DNA from: Bacillota bacterium
GTDB lineage: Bacteria; Bacillota; Bacilli; Bu12
Direction: 5' to 3'
Assembly: GCA_014896485.1 (NCBI GenBank)
Contig: JADBKH010000005.1
Span: 7,500 to 71,499, forward strand
Length of the DNA: 64,000 nt
In this document: positions 40,732 through 48,430 of the stretch, piece after piece
How the letters are laid out: the number at the start of each line of letters is the position of its first letter
How positions within the stretch are numbered: the first letter of the stretch is position 1
Notes under the pieces: generated by a model
Told to the model about the DNA's origin: nothing
Seen by the model: only the letters and a program-made list of their open reading frames with translations
Database searches by the model: none
Position numbers and translations under genes: made by a program

Positions 40732-41382
40732 TCAAAGAATCCCGCGCAACCAGGCGACCCGGACAGCGTCAATACGCGAACTGACTTGCAAGCGATTGAA
40801 AAGTGTCCGAATGTGCGTCTCGACCGTACGACGGCTCAGTCCCAACTGCTTGGCAATCGCCTCGTTCTTCCAGCCGTCGGCGATCAATCGCAAAATCTCC
40901 AGTTCCCGCGGTGTCAAACTGTCGGCATCCTTTTTCCAGTCGTTAAAGCGTATGGTTATTTCCGGAGAAAAAACCCGGTTGCCCCGAGCCACTTGCCGGA
41001 CCGCTTCTGCTAAAAATCCCGGCTCCGCTGATTTGAGAAGATATCCCCAGGCCCCACTCGATTGTGCTGCGACAATGTACTCCATATAGTCATATCCACT
41101 CAACAACAACACCCGACTTTGCGGCGCCTGAAGCCGTAACTTCGGCATCAAGGCAAAGGCATCGCCGTCTCCCAGGGCAATATCGAGCAGGATGACCTGG
41201 GCCTCCATTTTTTCGATCGCACGAAGTGTCTCGTTGACGCTTGTCGCCGTCCCTACGACTGTAAGCCCGTACTCTTCCAAAATGCTTGCCGTCCCTTGAA
41301 CGACAACGGGATGATCGTCCACCACAAGCACCGTCACTTGCTCGGCCGCCTGTTCAACGCCGGAAGGGTGTGACAACGCCAT
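40732..41382 (-). CDS. LuxR/NarL-family response regulator (ComA-like)
   Basis: Receiver domain (VLVVDDHPVV ... phospho-accepting Asp in ILLDIALGDGD) plus C-terminal HTH_LuxR (LTPRELEILRLIADGWKNEAIAKQLGLSRRTVETH). The start may be the GTG at about 41337 (VTVLVVDDHP). Confidence 0.85.
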   Translation of the reverse strand: MALSHPSGVEQAAEQVTVLVVDDHPVVVQGTASILEEYGLTVVGTATSVNETLRAIEKMEAQVILLDIALGDGDAFALMPKLRLQAPQSRVLLLSGYDYMEYIVAAQSSGAWGYLLKSAEPGFLAEAVRQVARGNRVFSPEITIRFNDWKKDADSLTPRELEILRLIADGWKNEAIAKQLGLSRRTVETHIRTLFNRLQVSSRIDAVRVAWLRGIL

Positions 41383-43840
41383 GGTGCTGCCCCCTTCGCG
41401 TCTCCTGCCGCTGCTGAGATAGGCCGAAATCGGATACAGAGCGGCTGATCGGCAATGTCACATGAATGCGTGTTCCTTCCCCCGGAACCGAGTGCAGCGT
41501 CAACGTACCACCCATCCAGCGACAGCGATCCTTCATGTTCACCAACCCCGTATGTCCACTGACGATCAACTCATGATCAGAGAGTGGCTGAAAACCGACC
41601 CCATTGTCCCACGCATCGAGCAGTACATGATCTTCTTCTACCTGCAAGTGCATTTCGACATCGGTCGCAGCGGCATGACGCGCTACGTTAGAGAGGATCT
41701 CTTGAGCCAACCGATAGAGGGTCAATTCGATCTCCGGATGGATGCGCTCCCCTCGACGAGGGCCAGATGAAGTAAAGTGGACCGTAAAGTCTTCCCGACG
41801 CATCGTCTCTTCGGCCAACCATTGCAACGCAGCTTCAACGCCCAAATGCTCCAAGACCGTCGGGTAGAGTTGGGCTGCCGTCTCACGCAACTCAAATGCC
41901 GTATCCTTTGAAAGCTCGATGGCCTTGTCGAGCTGGCCGCGCAGCCGAGGATCGGCCAGTTGACCGCACACTTCTTCCATCAAACGCACGGCTGCCAAGT
42001 GGTTTTGCAGGAGTTCATCGTGCAGATCGGCAGCCAGCCGGCGGCGCTCCTGCTCCTGCAGCGAAACACGCAGTTTGTTCATCGCTGCCAGCTGTTCGGA
42101 ATCGCGACGGTTGCGCCACGATTCCCCGAGCAGATCGTCGACCCGCTGCTCAAGCTGGGCGATCAGACGCGCGTTTTCAAAAGCTGTAACGGCTTGGTTG
42201 GCGATCGTCTGCAGCCATGCCAAGTCTTGTCCGGACAAGCGCGTACGCGTTGTGCGCCGATCCAGGAAAAGCGCCCCGATGGTCACCCCATCCCGACAGA
42301 AAGGAACCAAAACCGAACCGGGCGCACCGGGAGGCAGGTACTCGGGTTCTGTCAGGGAACGCCACCACCAAGCAGCCGCTTCGACTTGCTGACGTAGCTT
42401 TTCGTTTTGGGCATAACTTCCTGCTGCTGCTGCCACATAGGGAAGGCTTTCGCGCTGATCCAGCACCAGGCAACTACCTTCCAGATGCATCACCTGCATC
42501 ACTTCTTCGCTGACCAGTCGTGTCAGTTCCCCAATGGTGTGCGGCTTTGCGATCGCTGCGCTCAATGCCTGCAGAGCCTGCCGGTAATCATACCAATCGC
42601 GAAAGACCGCTTTTTCAAGCCAACCTTGCAGTCGCTCCCGCAACGCCATAAAGGCGAGGAGCAACGCCAGGTTGATCAAGATGGCCGCTGTCACCACATT
42701 GGCTGTCAGTACCGTACCACTGCGAAAGATCAAAAAGAGGGCGACTGCATAGGCCCCCAGCAGCAACAAGCCGAAAAAACCGTAGACGAGGCTGCGGCGA
42801 AAGAGTGGACGGATGTCGATCACTTCATCGCGGGCAAAGACGTAGCCGATGGAAAGCGGAATAAAGAGAATGAAAAGGGTCCACAGCGGGTTTAACAAGA
42901 TCTCCGAAGGTGGACCAGCCAGTGGTTGGATATTGAGCAATAGTGTCTGCAGGCCGACCGTCAGCACAATCGGGGTAATTCCGACCAAAGCCCCAAAGAG
43001 CATCACCCGCAGCTGCGCCCGGACCAGTGGAGTAGTCGTACGCCAATGGGGCACGATCGCCTCCAGGCTCCAGCAGCCAACCCAAGCCAGGCTGATCAGC
43101 AAAGCACCCATGTTCAGCAGATGCAATTGGGTGAACCCCGCCTGATCGAGCAGTGCAACGATCGCCAAAAGCAGCGGCCAGGCAAGGATACCCCCCTGCT
43201 CCCATCGTTTTGCCGCATAGCCGAGCAAGTTATGGAAGAAAAAGGGTAGCGCTGCCGTAGCCGCAGCCAAAGCAATGCGTTCCAGCACAAAGAACCCGTA
43301 AATTCCAATGCTTGAGGGATGTGCGACAGCCAAGGCCAATCCTGCAGAGACACAAAAGAGATAGAGCCGATGGGCTGGGGGCCACCATTTGCGCTGTGCC
43401 AACACAAACCATCCGGCGGCAAAGAGGCTAATGCCCAAGGCGTACTCCAGCCAGAAAACCAAGCTTGGGCGATTGCTAAATGCGCCTATTGGATAGGTGA
43501 TATGAACGATACCATGCGAGGTCTGCACTGTGAATTGTTCGACTCTAGGAATCGTGGTATCCCCAGGGCGAATCACGGCTTCGGCCGGTTTGCCGTTGAC
43601 CTCCAAAAGCCGATCGCCGATCTGTATACCGGCTTGTGCTAGCTTGGAATCATGGGTGATCCCTGTAAAGATCACCTGTCCTGCCGGGTCACGTCCTACA
43701 AAAGCTTGCGAATCAGGGTAATTACTATCCAGCACAGGTATTAAGAGAAAGAAAGCCAAGAGGATCGGGGTAAAGACCTGGTGCCACCAAGGTCCTCCAC
43801 GCTCCTGTTCTTCCTGCGCTTCAGCGGTGACAGCACTCAT
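41354..43840 (-). CDS. Membrane sensor histidine kinase, ComP-like: PDZ-like extracytoplasmic loop, about 10 TM, cytoplasmic linker, HisKA_3 and HATPase_c
   Basis: TM1, then loop with PDZ-like GIQIGDRLLEVNGKPAEAV. Nine more hydrophobic segments. ERRRLAADLHDELLQNHLAAV is the HisKA_3 H-box; LLDAWDNGVGF is the ATPase G1 box. ATGA overlap with the upstream gene. Confidence 0.8.
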   Translation of the reverse strand: MSAVTAEAQEEQERGGPWWHQVFTPILLAFFLLIPVLDSNYPDSQAFVGRDPAGQVIFTGITHDSKLAQAGIQIGDRLLEVNGKPAEAVIRPGDTTIPRVEQFTVQTSHGIVHITYPIGAFSNRPSLVFWLEYALGISLFAAGWFVLAQRKWWPPAHRLYLFCVSAGLALAVAHPSSIGIYGFFVLERIALAAATAALPFFFHNLLGYAAKRWEQGGILAWPLLLAIVALLDQAGFTQLHLLNMGALLISLAWVGCWSLEAIVPHWRTTTPLVRAQLRVMLFGALVGITPIVLTVGLQTLLLNIQPLAGPPSEILLNPLWTLFILFIPLSIGYVFARDEVIDIRPLFRRSLVYGFFGLLLLGAYAVALFLIFRSGTVLTANVVTAAILINLALLLAFMALRERLQGWLEKAVFRDWYDYRQALQALSAAIAKPHTIGELTRLVSEEVMQVMHLEGSCLVLDQRESLPYVAAAAGSYAQNEKLRQQVEAAAWWWRSLTEPEYLPPGAPGSVLVPFCRDGVTIGALFLDRRTTRTRLSGQDLAWLQTIANQAVTAFENARLIAQLEQRVDDLLGESWRNRRDSEQLAAMNKLRVSLQEQERRRLAADLHDELLQNHLAAVRLMEEVCGQLADPRLRGQLDKAIELSKDTAFELRETAAQLYPTVLEHLGVEAALQWLAEETMRREDFTVHFTSSGPRRGERIHPEIELTLYRLAQEILSNVARHAAATDVEMHLQVEEDHVLLDAWDNGVGFQPLSDHELIVSGHTGLVNMKDRCRWMGGTLTLHSVPGEGTRIHVTLPISRSVSDFGLSQQRQETRRGQHHGVVTPFRR

Positions 43841-44766
43841 GAGCTCGGCTCCTCGTCGTACTGTAGCCATTGGCGCGCGATAGCCTCATCGGGAGCACAG
43901 CGTTGCGCTTCGGCTGCGATTGCAGCGCTGCACGCCCAGGTGTAGGCGAGACCACCGCTGGCGCGGATCGCTTCGCTTACCTCAGAAAGCGGCACCTCTC
44001 GGTGCTGCAGATAATAGGCTTGCAACGAATCTAACGCATCGCCCTTGGCTTGGTCCAGCGCATAGCGGACCGGCAGGGTGATCAGACGCTTTGCTAGATC
44101 GGCGAAACGTTGCGGATCCAGCACGGCCCGGGCATCGTTTTCCAACTGGTAGGCGACCCCGACCCGTCTTCCGAAGCAGGCCCAGGCCTGTTGGCGCTGG
44201 TCGTTGGCCCCAGCGGCCGCTGCCGCAAAGCGACAGATACCGCCAAACAGGGCGCCGGAACGGGCATCCAGAACCTGCAGAATGCGTTTCTCAGAGATGT
44301 CCGGCCGAAAGAGCTCCTGCTCCAACTGTGCTCCACTCGCAGCTTCAAGCACGGTTTGCTGCAAAATCGATACAACCGAATGGCCAGTCTTTTCGTCTAC
44401 CTTTTGTGCAGCACACAACGCCAACCCGGTGAGCTGCATCGAGACAAGGGCCAATTCCCCGGTCGACCACGTCGCCCAAGGAAGCGTGTCTGCATCCCCA
44501 TCGAGCGTATCATCGAGCAGATCGGCTGCCAAAAAAAGCCAACGACAGGCAAGCAACGCGTCGCAATCGGGGGCTACCTTTCCTTCGGCACGAAAGATAT
44601 CGGCAGCATATACGGCTGCATCGCGCACTTCTCCTGAGCCACATGCGTCATTGGTTTGTTTGGACAAAAAAAGGCCGTCAAAGAGCGAAAAATAGCGCTC
44701 TTCTGCGGCGTGCAGCGCCTGCTGCAAGTTCGACGCAACGCTCGTACGCAAAGGGTTACCGTTCAC
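43837..44766 (-). CDS. Polyprenyl-synthetase-fold protein with a single Asp-rich motif (ComQ-like isoprenyl transferase candidate)
   Basis: 309 aa; FARM-like LFLAADLLDDTLDGDAD (DDxxD). The second Asp-rich motif is degenerate (AYQLENDARAV). GTG start. Confidence 0.6.
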   Translation of the reverse strand: MNGNPLRTSVASNLQQALHAAEERYFSLFDGLFLSKQTNDACGSGEVRDAAVYAADIFRAEGKVAPDCDALLACRWLFLAADLLDDTLDGDADTLPWATWSTGELALVSMQLTGLALCAAQKVDEKTGHSVVSILQQTVLEAASGAQLEQELFRPDISEKRILQVLDARSGALFGGICRFAAAAAGANDQRQQAWACFGRRVGVAYQLENDARAVLDPQRFADLAKRLITLPVRYALDQAKGDALDSLQAYYLQHREVPLSEVSEAIRASGGLAYTWACSAAIAAEAQRCAPDEAIARQWLQYDEEPSS

Positions 44767-44791
44767 CGATAGGGTTCACCTTCGCATCAGC

Positions 44792-44974
44792 TCACCAGCA
44801 GCTTCCAACCGTGTAAAGGCTGCGCCCTTCACCTTTGCGACTCTGCTGGTCCGCTTCGATTCCGGAAAGAATTGCCCGCTGCTCACTCGGTGAAAGCTCC
44901 ACTCCCGCCATCGCAGCCTCTGGTGTCAACCCAGCGCGAAGTGCTTCCCAGACCTGTGCGAACTTTTCCCGCAT
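44792..44974 (-). CDS. 60-aa peptide ending ...YTVGSCW (candidate ComX-like pheromone precursor)
   Basis: Strong SD GAAGGAGGTG 6 nt before the ATG. C-terminal Trp, as in ComX precursors. Lies 25 nt upstream of the ComQ-like gene. Confidence 0.45.
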   Translation of the reverse strand: MREKFAQVWEALRAGLTPEAAMAGVELSPSEQRAILSGIEADQQSRKGEGRSLYTVGSCW

Positions 44975-45042
44975 ATCCTACACCTCCTTCGGCGCGATGT
45001 CACCACTTCTGCTAAGATTCGGCAAATTTCGCGCCCCTTCGC

Positions 45043-45074
45043 ATCATAAGCGTCGGCTTGTCGATAGACAAGCC
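45043..45074 (-). promoter_or_regulatory. Promoter with a perfect 8-4-8 palindrome GGCTTGTC-TATC-GACAAGCC overlapping the -35, then -10 TATGAT; candidate response-regulator box
   Basis: The palindrome at 45055..45074 is perfect. Minus-strand TTGTCT -17- TATGAT sits about 70 nt upstream of the peptide ATG. Confidence 0.45.
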
Positions 45075-45153
45075 ATTGGTCCTACGTGATCTCCGTACAT
45101 TTATCCACAATTTCCTGTGGGTAAACCGTTTCCCACCCATGTGGAGAGAGAAT

Positions 45154-45924
45154 TCAGGAGGAGGCTTGGGGCTGCATGGCCAATGCATTCCGACGCTCCA
45201 CACGCCGGTAGGTCCAGCGTGAAAGAGCGATGGCCCCTTCGTAAAGTGCGATAAAGGGAAGGGCAACCAGCGTCTGGGACAAGACGTCTGGTGGCGTAAG
45301 CAATCCGGCTACGACAAAAGCGGCCAGGATCGCTATCTTTCGACCTTTCTTGAGCAACGCAGGGGTAATCAGGTGAATCTCTGTCAAAAAAGAGGCAACG
45401 GCTGGCAACTCGAAGATCAAAGCCGTTGGAAAGACCAGATTGATCATAAACGTGATGGTCTGCGAAGCTGAAAGCATCACTTCGACACCAGCGCGGTGGG
45501 AAAATGTGATCATGAAGTGCAGAATACTGGGATAGAGAACAAAAAATCCGAAACTTGCTCCTGCACCAAAGAGCAGAACAGCTGAGGGCAGATAGAAATA
45601 GACCATGCGCCGTTCAGCAGGTAAAAGTCCTGGTTTGGCGAAAGCCCATGCCTGCCACAAGGCGACTGGAATGGTGATCAGAGCACCAACCAGAGCGGAG
45701 AGGCGCAGATAAACGCCGAAAATCTCCCCAGGAGAAAGTTGCACCAGGGGCGGAAGTCCCCGCGTCAGATAGCGAAAGATAGGCGTTGCAAACATAAAAG
45801 CTGCAAGGGTTGCCAAGACAAAGCAGACGGCCACTACGATCAGCCTACGGCGTAGCTCTTTGAAATGATCCGTAAAGTTCCCATTCCGTTGCGTGTCGCG
45901 GCGGCGTCGGTGCCAACGTCTCAT
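45154..45924 (-). CDS. tatC: Twin-arginine translocase subunit TatC
   Basis: FTDHFKELRRRLIVV N-terminus, 6-TM TatC profile. Start taken at the ATG at 45924; the track ORF is extended 39 aa. Confidence 0.85.
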   Translation of the reverse strand: MRRWHRRRRDTQRNGNFTDHFKELRRRLIVVAVCFVLATLAAFMFATPIFRYLTRGLPPLVQLSPGEIFGVYLRLSALVGALITIPVALWQAWAFAKPGLLPAERRMVYFYLPSAVLLFGAGASFGFFVLYPSILHFMITFSHRAGVEVMLSASQTITFMINLVFPTALIFELPAVASFLTEIHLITPALLKKGRKIAILAAFVVAGLLTPPDVLSQTLVALPFIALYEGAIALSRWTYRRVERRNALAMQPQASS

Positions 45925-45949
45925 CTTTTTCCGCCCCCATGAAGCATGC

Positions 45950-46456
45950 TTACTCTTCTTTGATATGGTTCTCGCCCGTGTGCTGCGTGTGACCGTGGGC
46001 AATCTCAATCGCGTGGCGCAGGACCTCTCCGGCCAATTCAAAAGCCTGACGCACCGCTCGCGGATTGCCGGGTAGATTCCAGATCAACGTCTCCTTGGAC
46101 ATGCCAGCCAAGCCCCGCGTCAGCAGCGCAGTCGGGGTCTCCCGAAAGGCAAGCAGCCGCACTGCTTCGGCCAACCCTGGAAGGTGGCGTTCCAACAAGG
46201 GTGCCGTCGCTTCCGGCGTGTGATCCCGAGGGCCTATACCGGTCCCTCCAGAAGTGATGATCAGATCGACACCCCGGTCGATCCCCGTCTGAAGCGCTGC
46301 ACGGATCTGTTCGACTTCATCCGGCACCACCGCTTTGCCAGAGACCTCAAAGCCCAGCTTTTGTAGCGCTTCCGTTGCCACTTCGCCACTTGCATCTTCT
46401 CGAACACCAGTTGCGACCGAATCGCTGATGGTCAACAGAAAGGCCGTCCAACTCAT
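45950..46456 (-). CDS. Molybdenum cofactor biosynthesis protein MogA/MoaB (molybdopterin adenylyltransferase family)
   Basis: GVDLIITSGGTGIGPRDHTPEA core motif. Confidence 0.8.
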   Translation of the reverse strand: MSWTAFLLTISDSVATGVREDASGEVATEALQKLGFEVSGKAVVPDEVEQIRAALQTGIDRGVDLIITSGGTGIGPRDHTPEATAPLLERHLPGLAEAVRLLAFRETPTALLTRGLAGMSKETLIWNLPGNPRAVRQAFELAGEVLRHAIEIAHGHTQHTGENHIKEE

Positions 46457-46944
46457 CCACGCATCTCCTCTGGAAAGAAGAAATCGCCGCTTTTCCCGCC
46501 ATGCTTTTCAACCAGATGCACCCTGTCGAGCACCATCGTCTTGTCGATCCCTTTGCACATGTCGTAGATGGCCAGGGCTGCCGCTGTCACTGCGCACAGC
46601 GCTTCCATCTCCACTCCCGTAGCATAGTCCGCTGTCGCTTCCGCACGTATCTGGAGGGCTGCATGCGGCTCATCAAACTCAAAATGCAATCCGACATGCG
46701 TCAGCGGAATGGGATGGGCCAATGGAATCCATTGCGGCGTCTGTTTTGCCGCCATCACGCCTGCTACCTCAGCCACTGCCAACGGATCTCCCTTCGGCAC
46801 GCGGTGTGCACGGATAGCTGCCAACGTCTCTGCCTGCATTCGCAAACAACCTTCGGCAATGGCAGAGCGGTGGGTCATTCGTTTACCCGAGATGTCGACC
46901 ATGTGCAACTCTAGCGGTTCCGTCTCATTTTCTTCCTCGTGCAT
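46453..46944 (-). CDS. moaC: Cyclic pyranopterin monophosphate synthase MoaC
   Basis: HMVDISGK ... MAAKQTPQWIPLAHPIPLTHV ... CAVTAAALAIYDMCK conserved MoaC blocks. Confidence 0.85.
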   Translation of the reverse strand: MHEEENETEPLELHMVDISGKRMTHRSAIAEGCLRMQAETLAAIRAHRVPKGDPLAVAEVAGVMAAKQTPQWIPLAHPIPLTHVGLHFEFDEPHAALQIRAEATADYATGVEMEALCAVTAAALAIYDMCKGIDKTMVLDRVHLVEKHGGKSGDFFFPEEMRG

Positions 46945-46958
46945 CCACGCTCTCCTTC

Positions 46959-47501
46959 TTACAAATGCTTCGTACAATCGACAATCTCTTTGTCGGTTAC
47001 CACTGCAGAAAGGGGTACGTCCCAAGGATCATGAGGCAGCGCATCGGTCAACTGAAAAGCAAAACAAAGCCCGATCTTGAAACCGGAAACGCCAGCCAAC
47101 AAGCGATCGAAGTAGCCCTTTCCATAACCCATCCGAAATCCCTGCCGATCAAACGCCAATCCTGGAACAATGAAACAATCTACCTGTGTAGCAGGTACGG
47201 TTTTCCCGGTCGCAACAGCTGGCTCCCGAATGCCAAATCGTCCACGTCGTAACGTTTTCCAACGATCGAAAGCAATCAGCTGAAGCTGTTCCCCTTCTAC
47301 CCTCGGTACGACCACCTGCTTCCCGACACGCCAAGCCCATTCTACAATGGGGTCCGTCATAGGCTCGGTTCCATGGGACAGGTAGGTGCATAGCAGACGA
47401 GCCTGAGTCAGCGCCTTTACACCCATCAACCGACGAAGCACTTGTTCAGAACGTAGAACCAACGTTCCCGCAGAAAGTTGGTCCCTGCGGAAACGCATCA
47501 G
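46959..47501 (-). CDS. 5-formyltetrahydrofolate cyclo-ligase
   Basis: VPGLAFDRQGFRMGYGKGYFDR C-terminal signature. Start chosen at the ATG at 47501 to avoid overlap with the PAP2 gene. Confidence 0.75.
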   Translation of the reverse strand: MMRFRRDQLSAGTLVLRSEQVLRRLMGVKALTQARLLCTYLSHGTEPMTDPIVEWAWRVGKQVVVPRVEGEQLQLIAFDRWKTLRRGRFGIREPAVATGKTVPATQVDCFIVPGLAFDRQGFRMGYGKGYFDRLLAGVSGFKIGLCFAFQLTDALPHDPWDVPLSAVVTDKEIVDCTKHL

Positions 47502-47547
47502 GTGCCGCCACTCCTCCTTCTCCCATCGCCTCGCAAGAGCCTGCCGA

Positions 47548-48429
47548 TCATCGATCACGCACTGCACCGCCCCGCTCGCCTGACTCGGCCAGACGTAATC
47601 GGACAAAGAGCCAGGGAGCCCCTCCAGCACCCCAGGCTCCCAAGAGAAGGCCTTCTAAAAAAGGAACAAAGGGGGAATCTGGAAGCAGCGGATAAAGGCC
47701 CACATACAGAATCACTATCCCAGCCACGCCGAGCAGCACACGGCCTACATACTGCCAGGGTTTGCCACTCGCCACAAAGTGCGTTGTCCGACGTTCTGCC
47801 CAATACGCTTCTCCAAGGGCGAGCAGTATTCCCATGTAAAAAAGGCTGTCGTGTGAACGATGGGCAACTGCCGCCCCAATCGTGATCACTGCCCATATCC
47901 CATGCTTTTTCCAGCCCCACTGTCTAACGATGGGCCAGTATCGCAACGCCAACGCACCCAACACTACAAAACATCCGCCTATCAGGATACCGCCAATCAC
48001 GTCCCAGGGCCAGTGTACGCCGAGATAGAGTCTTGAAAAGCTGACCAGTAACGTCAGCACGATGCCCACCACCAAAACCCAGCGGCGCCGTGTCAGATAC
48101 CACAGAAACCCCCAAAAAGTGATATTTCCTTGGGCGTGTCCACTCGGAAACGCATAGCCAGTAGCTTTTCCAATGGACAAGATGCCGGGAAAGTCAAGGG
48201 GCCTCGGTTCCTGAACGGTCTCCTTAATCCAAATGTTGGACTCTATGGAAAACAAGAACACGGTGACCAGGCGCAGGGTCAACGCAGGACTGACACACCA
48301 AAAGAGGATCAACAACACGGCCGTATAAAAAGTCGGGTCACCGAGCTGGGTCACCATGCGGAAAAAGCTGTCCAACGCCGGTGTATGGATCGACTGAATG
48401 GCATACAGCCATGCAAGTTGCCCCTGCAC
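47548..48429 (-). CDS. PAP2-superfamily membrane phosphatase
   Basis: KETVQEPRP, PSGHA and SRLYLGVHWPWDV match the three PAP2 motifs; multi-TM. Confidence 0.8.
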   Translation of the reverse strand: MQGQLAWLYAIQSIHTPALDSFFRMVTQLGDPTFYTAVLLILFWCVSPALTLRLVTVFLFSIESNIWIKETVQEPRPLDFPGILSIGKATGYAFPSGHAQGNITFWGFLWYLTRRRWVLVVGIVLTLLVSFSRLYLGVHWPWDVIGGILIGGCFVVLGALALRYWPIVRQWGWKKHGIWAVITIGAAVAHRSHDSLFYMGILLALGEAYWAERRTTHFVASGKPWQYVGRVLLGVAGIVILYVGLYPLLPDSPFVPFLEGLLLGAWGAGGAPWLFVRLRLAESGERGGAVRDR

Positions 48430-48430
48430 C

